Below the pieces are notes generated by a model. The model saw only the letters and a program-made list of their open reading frames with translations, searched no databases and was not told where the DNA came from. A program made the translations under genes and the position numbers. DNA of 63,973 bases, counting the filler, from Octopus bimaculoides (taxonomy: Eukaryota), in NCBI RefSeq assembly GCF_001194135.2. It is 5 parts of 5 records of this genome, joined end to end, with 100 filler letters (N's around TTAATTAATTAA, not from the genome) between each part and the next. Parts side by side here need not be neighbours in the genome. Positions count along the whole stretch, not along the records: positions 53,130 to 56,713 come from NC_068989.1; positions 56,814 to 61,412 come from NC_068993.1; positions 61,513 to 63,973 come from NC_069006.1; 2 more parts are not named here. One strand, 5' to 3'. Position 1 is the stretch's first letter; each line of letters opens with the position of its first letter. Positions 53,030 to 63,973 of the stretch are shown here, piece by piece.

Positions 53030-54278
53030 NNNNNNNNNNNNNNNNNNNNNNNNNNNNNNNNNNNNNNNNNNNNTTAATTAATTAANNNNNNNNNNNNNNN
53101 NNNNNNNNNNNNNNNNNNNNNNNNNNNNNTAAAGGTAAATTTCTAAATTAGGTTGGTAGGGACATACAATCCTTGTGAGTACCGTATTCACTTTTACCAG
53201 TTAATAAAGCTGGCTAACCTCCATGAGTGTAGAAAAACTCCATTTAGTTTATTTTACTATCCTCAGTAAATCTTCACATTGGTAAATCCATGCGTCTTTA
53301 TAGAGACATATGTTGTCGGTAGAGAAGAAATAATATATTAATAATAAGGAGAACAGAGATTTATATATCTATTTTTATTCTGCAGTCAACAATAGCTTTC
53401 CATTTTTGTGCCTACATATGTTTCTGCTACAATTTTATGCACATTGCAAAATTTTGCATCTTCATGTGCATTTTAATGTTAATTGCTGCTTCAACCAAAA
53501 TATTCCATACACATGGTGTTAGTATTCTAAAAATAGCCTAAATTCTGACATTTTCAACTCTGCAGGTTAGAAAAACAAGTGACTAGCTGTCCAAGAATAG
53601 GTCAGTATTTGGCAAATGTATTTAATCCTTCAAGTGGTGAATGGTAGTATATATATATATATATATCTCTGTAAAAATATGTGACACTTATTCGGTAGCC
53701 ATGATAAAACACCGAGTTTCGGATGCCAGGGTGGGAACCCACACCGCCATCTCTTCAGTTTTTAGCCCTGTGATTTTTTTTGCATGTGTGTGTATGGGTG
53801 CAAGGGTGTTGAGCGCGTGTGTGTGGGTGTGTATGCAGGTATATATATNNNNNNNNNNNNNNNNNNNNNNNNNNNNNNNNNNNNNNNNNNNNNNNNNNNN
53901 NNNNNNNNNNNNNNNNNNNNNNNNNNNNNNNNNNNNNNNNNNNNNNNNNNNNNNNNNNNNNNNNNNNNNNNNNNNNNNNNNNNNNNNNNNNNNNNNNNNN
54001 NNNNNNNNNNNNNNNNNNNNNNNNNNNNNNNNNNNNNNNNNNNNNNNNNNNNNNNNNNNNNNNNNNNNNNNNNNNNNNNNNNNNNNNNNNNNNNNNNNNN
54101 NNNNNNNNNNNNNNNNNNNNNNNNNNNNNNNNNNNNNNNNNNNNNNNNNNNNNNNNNNNNNNNNNNNNNNNNNNNNNNNNNNNNNNNNNNNNNNNNNNNN
54201 NNNNNNNNNNNNNNNNNNNNNNNNNNNNNNNNNNNNNNNNNNNNNNNNNNNNNNNNNNNNNNNNNNNNNNNNNNNNNN

Positions 54279-54320
<42 letters not shown>

Positions 54321-54329
54321 TGTTTACAA

Positions 54330-56200
54330 TAAGTCGGGAATTTCCTGGGCTAGGAGGCAGTCTATACAGGGATAATGCACTAATCACTCTGGATAACCAC
54401 TCTAATAGCCAAATTGAGAAGTATAAGAAAAGACTCTTCAAATTCTTTAGAAATATAGGACTATCAATATCTGTTGAAAATGAACACAATTCAACTAACT
54501 TCCTTGGTATTAATTTAGATCTTAGTGAAGGAAAACATAAACCATACCATAAACCTAAGTGCATAAATAAAAACAGCAATCATCCTAGAAGCATAACAGA
54601 GAAAATAGTTGAAAATGTTTCGTGTATTTCATGAAGACCATTATAACCTAGCACTTAGTAAGCCAGGATATAAAGAAAAATTGAACTTTAACAAAAAAAA
54701 ATAGAGATCCAGACAATGAAGTTAATAAGGGAAATAACTTAAAATCCAAGGATAAAAATAATGTCTATAATTATAAGAGTAATAGAGATAAAGATAGGTT
54801 AAATGAATGGATATATAGAAACAGAACTGAAAAAAATAAAAGGAATTTCAGTTAGTAAAAATTTAACGAAACATAATAACAATCCTTTCTACTAAAGGCA
54901 CAAGGTCTGAAATTTTGAGGGAAGGGACCAGTCAACATTAACCCCAGTGTTTCACTAATACTTAATTTATCAACCCCAAAAGAATGAAAAACAAAGTTGA
55001 CCTCAGAACGTAGCAGCAGATGAAATGCTGCCAAGCATTTAACCCAGTGTGCTAATAATTCTGCCAGCTCGCTGCCTTAACAATAATAATAACAATGTAA
55101 TACATAGCGAATATAATAAAACATGGAATAAATATACGAACAAAATACATAAGAAGAACATCCCTAGTATGAATAATAATAATTTCTATAACAATAGACT
55201 TAATGATAATAGTGAATAGTTCATTATCCCATTTGGTAAACAAATTAGAACTAACATTCCAAAAGTATTCAGCTGTTAAACATTTTCCTAAAAGTAGCAG
55301 GTATTAAAAAAATCTTCAACTCGCATCTAGTAAGAATAGCTTTGTGAATCAAAAGAACATGGCACAAATAATAGCAGCACAAAACATGAAAAGATTAAAT
55401 TATTTCTACAAAAAGGATGCTGACTATAACATAAATATATGACCTAATAATAACGAAACAAGAGTTTCATTAAAGTTAACAAGGAAAACGAAGTAAGGGA
55501 AATAACTGCTGAAAACATCATACAAACATCTGAACAGGTAAACATATAATAACAAGAGCAGCAATGCAAAAGCAAATATTCACAACAAAAGTAGTAACCT
55601 AAGGTATAGAAACAGTGAAATTATTATTGATAATAATAATAATAGAGATGTTGTGAATAATAACCCAAACAATATATTGGAAAGTGATACTCAAATTGAT
55701 GAAAATTAAAAAAGGGAATCAGAGTAATCATAAAAATATAAATAATCAGGAAGGAAAAGATGAAAAAAAAAGTTAGAGATAAAAAATGTGATTGTGCAAA
55801 CAATAGATTATGTCCCCTCGAATCTAACTGCAAAATTAAGGAAACGGTATACAAGTGTAAGCTAATCTCAGAAGGTCACATATATTATTATATTGGCACT
55901 TGTGAAACATATAAAAAGAAGAATTGCCAGTTGTGAAAACTCATTTACAGACAGCAAATAAGAGGAATAATACTAGTTTAAGCAAATTAATTTGGTCAAT
56001 AAAAGATAAGAAATTACCTGGGGAATAATTAGTGGAGCCGAACCAATATAGTAAAGGAAGGAAACTGTGCGAATTGTGTGTTGACAAAATTTACCAAATT
56101 CTTACATCAAAATACTAATTAATAAACCATAGACACAAGAGCATGTTACAATGTATACATCAGTCTAAACATACATTTAATCAATTTAAGTGATTGACTG
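54330..56200 (+). mobile_element. Penelope-like element (RT plus GIY-YIG), degenerate and interrupted by a SINE
   Basis: LYRDN (YRDD-like), TNFLGINLDL, KPY.KP and NSNHP; KHFP....KIFN; CDC...CPL..NC....VYKC....YYIG; TSLSKLIW; CELC. Confidence 0.82.
54925..55058 (-). mobile_element. tRNA-derived SINE inserted in the PLE
   Basis: ctcagaacgtagc...aagcattt...attctgccagctcgctgcc. Confidence 0.7.
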
Positions 56201-56813
56201 ATATGTAACACTAAAATTAGAATAGAAATCAAGTAAACAATAGCCAGTAGAGTAGCTGATTAAATATAAACTCCTAAATAAATGAACAATTAACGAAGTC
56301 AACATTTTGGTTAACGGATTAACAATTAACAAGGTTAACTTTTCAATTAATGGTGGCCAACTCTGTATATATATATGTCTTGTTTTCCGTCTGCCACTAT
56401 CCTCCACGAAAACAATTTAATTTGTGTTCGTGGGAAGAACCATTTTAACAATGCGTACTGCCTTAATTCTTCGAAACGCCGGAGTTTTAATAGTGGCAGC
56501 TGATGAAGGGGATGTTTCTATGTGGCCTGCTTGTTTGTTGCACCTTGTTTACCATTTTGTCCTTGTTTTTTTGCAACGTCATGTACCCAGTTATGTATCT
56601 ATATGTACATGTAGATGAACGTATATACATACATCATCATCATCGTTTAACGTCCGCTTTCCATGCTAGCATGGGTTGGACGATTTGACTGAGGACTGGT
56701 GAAACCGGATGGCNNNNNNNNNNNNNNNNNNNNNNNNNNNNNNNNNNNNNNNNNNNNTTAATTAATTAANNNNNNNNNNNNNNNNNNNNNNNNNNNNNNN
56801 NNNNNNNNNNNNN

Positions 56814-57042
56814 CAAAGAGCCTGAGGAATCTGCACAAAGTAGATGTAGGAGTTTTTAATTCAAAGCTGGACCTCTTCCTATCGAGAGTCCCAGATGAAC
56901 CTACCTCGCGGCAGGAGGTGCAAATGAGGGTTGCTAAATCAATCTCCATTCTTCACCAAGTGCCACATATTGTAAGAGGCTCCCTGTAATAACAGTGTAG
57001 CAACACGGTGGTGCATCAGCATGGCCGCAGCTCTAACCTGGA

Positions 57043-57045
<3 letters not shown>
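56814..57045 (+). mobile_element. 3' end of an APE-type LINE, clade uncertain
   Basis: KSLRNLHKVDVGVF.SKLDLFLSRVPDEP, then a short UTR and (TA)n tail. Confidence 0.6.
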
Positions 57046-57084
<39 letters not shown>

Positions 57085-57712
57085 GTATGTACGTATGTGC
57101 GTATATATGTATATCATACCATCTAGAGAAGTAAATTAAAACGAAGCTGTGTACAGTTGTCTCCTGTCAAAGTTCCTTTTACACTTGCCAAGAATAAATA
57201 ATCGTTGACAATAGAGTATTGTATTAGTAAGAAAAAATTCTCTCCGGCTTTTTTATATCCCAACCACATTTACTTTCCTCCACACCGCGCACACATGAGC
57301 ACGCACAAACATAAATATATTAGCGATATGGTTATACATTCACGTTCACAAACATACACACACATATATATACACATATATATGTATATATATATATGTA
57401 GAAAGTTGAAAGTATATATATATATATATATATATACATACACAGACACGACTACCCCATAAAGAATATATCAAAATATGGTGTGAAAAATGATACGCTT
57501 AATAGTAATAGAAGTATTTCGTCATAGCCGTAATCTATGATTGAATAAAATGTTGCTCTACAATAGACAACAGACGCACACACGCTCACGCACAAACACA
57601 TACAAACACAAGCCTGCACAAACACACAGGCACGTACATTTAAGGATGAACATACTGTCTTTAAGTAAAATATGCATATATAAATTTGTAGATGTTCATA
57701 TGGATAAACGTA

Positions 57713-57764
<52 letters not shown>

Positions 57765-57811
57765 ATCAGTCTGTCTGTCTCTCTCTATATATATCCATAT
57801 ATATATATATA

Positions 57812-57871
<60 letters not shown>

Positions 57872-58926
57872 GAGAGAGAGAGAGAGATATGTATATACAA
57901 AGTTATATGCACATATATGTTTGTATATATATATAAATATAGATACAAACACACACACTTGCATATATTTTGTATACATATGTTTTATAACTATACCACA
58001 CGAGCGTGTTTATTACTATGCGTGTCTGTATGGTATGATATATGTATATATATATATATATATTTTCATGTACATAGATACATACAAATACGTAAGTATA
58101 TATGTGGACGGATATTTAACGCATGATCATATATAATTACATACTTACGGGACCTGAATGATGACTGACAGATCCTAAATTTTGTTCATGTGAAACGTTA
58201 AGAGACAAAGATATTTCGAAAGAAATTCAGAAGAATTCCTACTAAATAACAACACATCCTCAGCAGCAAAAACAACAAATATAACAACTTCAGTAACAAA
58301 AACAGTGAAAACAAAAACGCAACACAGCAAAATAAATAGGAACTAAAATATCTGCAAACAAAATCTCTTCTGAACATAAAGTAAAAAATGAAATTTAAAT
58401 AAAATAAATAGTAAATATTTTAAATAGTGTGTTGTTGTTGTTGTTATTGGTGATGGTGGGGATGGCGGTGATGGTGGTCGAAGTAGTGCTGGTGAAGTAA
58501 AAATAAAATACTGTTTGAAATAGAAAGGGGATGAAAAAATCCAAATTGGAACGTGAACCAAAATGAGAACAAAGAAATAAACAAACTATGGACACACTCA
58601 AACACACGTAGAGACATGCACAAACGTGCACTGACATAGACACTCAAATATACCTATGCAAGCATCTATCTACCCATATACATCTATATAGACAAATATT
58701 TATATCTGTGTTAACGTATATATTTATGGACATATATATATATATTTCAAGTCACACTAAAGCACTTACATACACAAAACTGCCTATTGTGATAGAAATT
58801 ACACACGTTCCGGCACATATATGTTGTTCATACATATATGCAAATATACATTTATATGCATAGCAAACTATATGCATATATTTATACATAAATACACACG
58901 TAGATATATGTATATGCATGTATATA

Positions 58927-58959
<33 letters not shown>

Positions 58960-59139
58960 NNNNNNNNNNNNNNNNNNNNNNNNNNNNNNNNNNNNNNNNN
59001 NNNNNNNNNNNNNNNNNNNNNNNNNNNNNNNNNNNNNNNNNNNNNNNNNNNNNNNNNNNNNNNNNNNNNNNNNNNNNNNNNNNNNNNNNNNNNNNNNNNN
59101 ATATATATGTGTACATATACATGTGTGTATATATATATA

Positions 59140-59183
<44 letters not shown>

Positions 59184-60122
59184 TAAATAGATAAACTTCA
59201 CAAACATATCTCTGTACATATATTAGTTTACATACATGTATGAATAAACTGTATTTGATTACGTATGTCTGTATAAGAGTTAGCGTATTTCTGTGTTTGT
59301 CAGTCTACGCGTGTTTGTGAGTTTGTCTATTCTAAATACAGACAAATATTGTAACAATATAAAAAAAAAAACACTATAAAGCAAAAAAAAAAGAAAAGAA
59401 AAAAAGAACAGAATAATTTTATCTGAAAACTTCTAACAAGCTGCAAAATATCTCAGATAATTCTTGCCACGTTGTCTGAAACGAAAGACACAAATATTCT
59501 TTCAGCTGAATGAATATTTCGCTAAGCTCTGAGCTCGTCTACGGACGATGTTTGTCTTAATGGTTGCCGTCGCTGCCGGTTGTTTTGCTGTTGCTGTTTT
59601 ATTGTAATTGTTTTTTCTTGATGGTGGTGGTTAAGGTATTACCATGTTAGTGCGATGTTTTGTGATGTTTGTATATGTAGAAGATTCTGCTGTTTTGTGA
59701 AATATATGTAAAATATACATCATTACCGCGAGGAAAATTGCTAGATAGTCGGGTAGAACGAAATAAGCAGACGAAGGAAGATAAACTGAGAATGTGGTAT
59801 ACGCGCACACACATACACACACACACATACAAACAGCCAGCAGAATGTGGTATACGCGCGCACACATACACACACACACATACACACAGCCAGCAAGACA
59901 GACAGACAGACAGACACACACACACCTTTAATGTGGAGACTATATATCTGTATGTATATTCATATACACACACATATATTTATCTATATACATATAGATT
60001 TACAATTTATTTTTGCATTTACAATTTATATACATATATATATATATACATTAATATACACACACACACACATATATATATATATACGTACACGCAAATC
60101 TATCTATCTACCTATCTATCTA

Positions 60123-60186
<64 letters not shown>

Positions 60187-60214
60187 CCTTTATGTATATA
60201 TAACCAGCTGGTGG

Positions 60215-61225
60215 TAAAAGCCTGAGATCAATGCAGACGCGGCTTTCGAATGCTATATGGTATCACTCAGGCAGCACCTGCTAAACAACAGCAGCAAGAA
60301 TAAATATATTAATGCAGTCCTGTGAAGTGAAGTGAGCAACATCGTACGAGATGGCAGTGAACTCCTCAAGAAACACTCTCTTCCTGATGATCTCCTATAC
60401 AGCCCCAAAACAGCTGGGCTCTCTTACTTCAGAGAAGACCTGCATAGAAAGCACTCAGCATACATAAAAAAAAAGACCATGCATGGGTATGTTGCCCAGA
60501 AGCTTCAATAAGACAGTAGAATTGGCACGAAGAGCAGCCTCTCTTGGATACAAGACCACTATATCACATCACACTTCGTAGGCTATGCGCTTGCAATCCA
60601 GGAACAGGAGATTGTCACAAAGAACCTGGTGAACAAGGGAGACAGTGACGCTCTTGTAATCTCAAAGTGCAAACGCAAAGTGTTTTTGTGGAAGACATTA
60701 CGCATGTAATTAGCAGCTATCCTAAAATGTCGTCATGGTACTACCTCCCTATGCGGCACGACGTTATTGCTAGAATAATTTACAATGCCATCCGCAAAAC
60801 GTCTGTCCCGGAATAAACTTAGAAAATCCCTCAGTTATGGAATACATTCATAAAGACCAACTCAAGGAATACTGCTGGAATATTCTCATCAAAACGTCCG
60901 TCAAACGTAAACATAACAGGCCCGTTATTGTTGTTTAGGGCAGAGGGACAAAGGTATATACCATCAGAGGTTAGCTGCACTGCAGATATCAATATCTCTC
61001 TGAAAATCAAAGGAAAAGAGGATATCTATGGACAAGTGCTTCGAAACCTCCTCATACCAATAATAATTGGAACACTAGGTTTTGTTAGTAAATGCTTAAA
61101 GAGGAATCTGGATAAACTGGGATTTTCAGAAAGAGAAATTGACCGGCTGATTTGTAGATTACAAGTCCAAACTATGAATGGAACAGTAAAACAATGCTAG
61201 ACTTTTCTTAACTTTCAAATGTGAA
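60215..61225 (+). mobile_element. RLE-type LINE 3' fragment from a family distinct from the Dong-like copies
   Basis: MHG..., AIQEQEI.TK, ED.TH.ISS.PKMS..YYL.MRHD, EVSC.AD.NI..K...KED.YG, IPIIIGTLG. Heavily frameshifted. Confidence 0.72.
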
Positions 61226-61358
61226 TTTGTTTGTGTTAACTACATCCCAAAGATGGAACCTTGTATCTTTGCTGGAAACCGGTTCCCTCCCTCCCTAACT
61301 CCCTAACTCCCTCCCTCCCCTCCTCTATACGTACATACATACATACATACACACACAC

Positions 61359-61412
<54 letters not shown>

Positions 61413-61512
61413 NNNNNNNNNNNNNNNNNNNNNNNNNNNNNNNNNNNNNNNNNNNNTTAATTAATTAANNNNNNNNNNNNNNNNNNNNNNNNNNNNNNNN
61501 NNNNNNNNNNNN

Positions 61513-61556
<44 letters not shown>

Positions 61557-62110
61557 TATGCATATACATATGCACATATATATATATATATGCATATACA
61601 TATACACACATATATATATAAATGTATGCATACATATATACATGTAGATTTACATGTAACCTGTGTGTATGTGCACACATATGTATGTATAATGGACATA
61701 ATTTCTACGTGATATATACAACCATAAGCATCATGTCTATAGGCAATACTAATGACATACCTGTACTTAGGGACGCCTTTGCGCAGGAGCATAAATATGT
61801 CTGTGAATAACACTCATATATATATACAAATGACTGAAAACTAATAAGCTAACCGCAGGTTGAATCGAACCCCAAAACCGACGCTTACGTGCCTCCTTGC
61901 GAATCTGACTGGCCAAATGCTCACCCATCAGTATGAGTTATAGGTCCAGCTTGCAGAAATCGAGAAGCTGTGGCTGTGACGCATGCATAACACATATACT
62001 CCACTGCAAGCGTTGAGTTCTTTTATTACTTGGTCATCTTAAAAACTCTTACATTGATACCACTGCACATTCACGCACACACATACATATATATATATGT
62101 ATATATATGC

Positions 62111-62141
<31 letters not shown>

Positions 62142-63079
62142 NNNNNNNNNNNNNNNNNNNNNNNNNNNNNNNNNNNNNNNNNNNNNNNNNNNNNNNNNNN
62201 NNNNNNNNNNNNNNNNNNNNNNNNNNNNNNNNNNNNNNNNNNNNNNNNNNNNNNNNNNNNNNNNNNNNNNNNNNNNNNNNNNNNNNNNNNNNNNNNNNNN
62301 NNNNNNNNNNNNNNNNNNNNNNNNNNNNNNNNNNNNNNNNNNNNNNNNNNNNNNNNNNNNNNNNNNNNNNNNNNNNNNNNNNNNNNNNNNNNNNNNNNNN
62401 NNNNNNNNNNNNNNNNNNNNNNNNNNNNNNNNNNNNNNNNNNNNNNNNNNNNNNNNNNNNNNNNNNNNNNNNNNNNNNNNNNNNNNNNNNNNNNNNNNNN
62501 NNNNNNNNNNNNNNNNNNNNNNNNNNNNNNNNNNNNNNNNNNNNNNNNNNNNNNNNNNNNNNNNNNNNNNNNNNNNNNNNNNNNNNNNNNNNNNNNNNNN
62601 NNNNNNNNNNNNNNNNNNNNNNNNNNNNNNNNNNNNNNNNNNNNNNNNNNNNNNNNNNNNNNNNNNNNNNNNNNNNNNNNNNNNNNNNNNNNNNNNNNNN
62701 NNNNNNNNNNNNNNNNNNNNNNNNNNNNNNNNNNNNNNNNNNNNNNNNNNNNNNNNNNNNNNNNNNNNNNNNNNNNNNNNNNNNNNNNNNNNNNNNNNNN
62801 NNNNNNNNNNNNNNNNNNNNNNNNNNNNNNNNNNNNNNNNNNNNNNNNNNNNNNNNNNNNNNNNNNNNNNNNNNNNNNNNNNNNNNNNNNNNNNNNNNNN
62901 NNNNNNNNNNNNNNNNNNNNNNNNNNNNNNNNNNNNNNNNNNNNNNNNNNNNNNNNNNNNNNNNNNNNNNNNNNNNNNNNNNNNNNNNNNNNNNNNNNNN
63001 NNNNNNNNNNNNNNNNNNNNNNNNNNNNNNNNNNNNNNNNNNNNNNNNNNNNNNNNNNNNNNNNNNNNNNNNNNNNNNN

Positions 63080-63119
<40 letters not shown>

Positions 63120-63282
63120 ACAATACATTATATTTTTATTCATCTCTAATATCATTATTCACACACACACATACACACACACTCACACATTCTTTCTCTC
63201 CCTTTTCTTCACACACACACACACGCACCTTACATGTAATAATACTGTCACATTACACGTGTGTTCCAATAACCACTGCAAT

Positions 63283-63322
<40 letters not shown>

Positions 63323-63583
63323 TGTGTGTGTGTGAGCGTGTGTGTGCGTGTGTATTCTGTTCTGAATGTGTGTATATATATATATATATGTATATATCAA
63401 TGCGTATATATTTGCGCATTTTATTCATGAGTTTGCACCGCTCTTCAAGTACGTTTATGTATGCATATGTGTGTTTATGTGCGTATAAATAGATATGTTC
63501 TTAGATGTATGCACTTATGCATCTATGTGCACATGTATATGTGCATGAGTATATTGTGTGTATATGTGTATGATGCTAGGCAC

Positions 63584-63635
<52 letters not shown>

Positions 63636-63934
63636 CATACACATGCATATATGTGCTTTATACACACACACACACATATATATACATACATGCATACATA
63701 CATACATGTAGATAGATAGATAGATAGATACCTACCTACCTACCTACATACATACATACATATATACATATATACATACATACATTGACATGTATGTACA
63801 AAGTATGTGAATGTGTGTGTAGAAGTGTCCGTGTGTGTATTTGTGTACCTGTTGTGTGTGTTAGTGTGTGTGTGTGTGTGTGTGTGTTACTGTGTGTGTG
63901 TGTGTGTGTGTGTGCTACTCTGTGTGTGTGTGTC

Positions 63935-63973
<39 letters not shown>

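Noticed and set aside
57541-60217. Many ORFs of YI/CV/HT/LSIY repeats here and throughout the window
   Set aside because: Translations of stop-free microsatellites, with no coding evidence.

Overview
This is AT-rich animal genomic DNA, full of microsatellites and broken by many N-gaps. The repeat content resembles a coleoid cephalopod, probably Octopus; that is my inference from repeat style, not a database result. One intact host gene is supported: a single-exon class A GPCR (22245-23315, +). Most other interpretable sequence is decayed transposable elements: several R4/Dong-like RLE-type LINEs flanked by (TAA)n, two Tx1/L1-like LINE copies, an RTE fragment with an inverted 5' part, two Penelope-like fragments, a mariner, a DD37D/maT-like transposon and many tRNA-derived SINEs. 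The most notable structure is a three-level nest at 17-20.7 kb. A Dong-like LINE is interrupted by a miniature non-coding LTR element (152-bp LTRs, TG..CA ends, 5-bp TSD GAAAG, tRNA-Ser primer site, polypurine tract). The 5' LTR of that element is itself split by a 1.76-kb retroposon with a 14-bp TSD and A-rich tail that encodes only an ORF1/gag-like zinc-knuckle protein, with no RT or endonuclease. The 3' end of this retroposon resembles a SINE tail elsewhere in the window, which suggests a Tx1-LINE / ORF1-only element / SINE parasitic trio.
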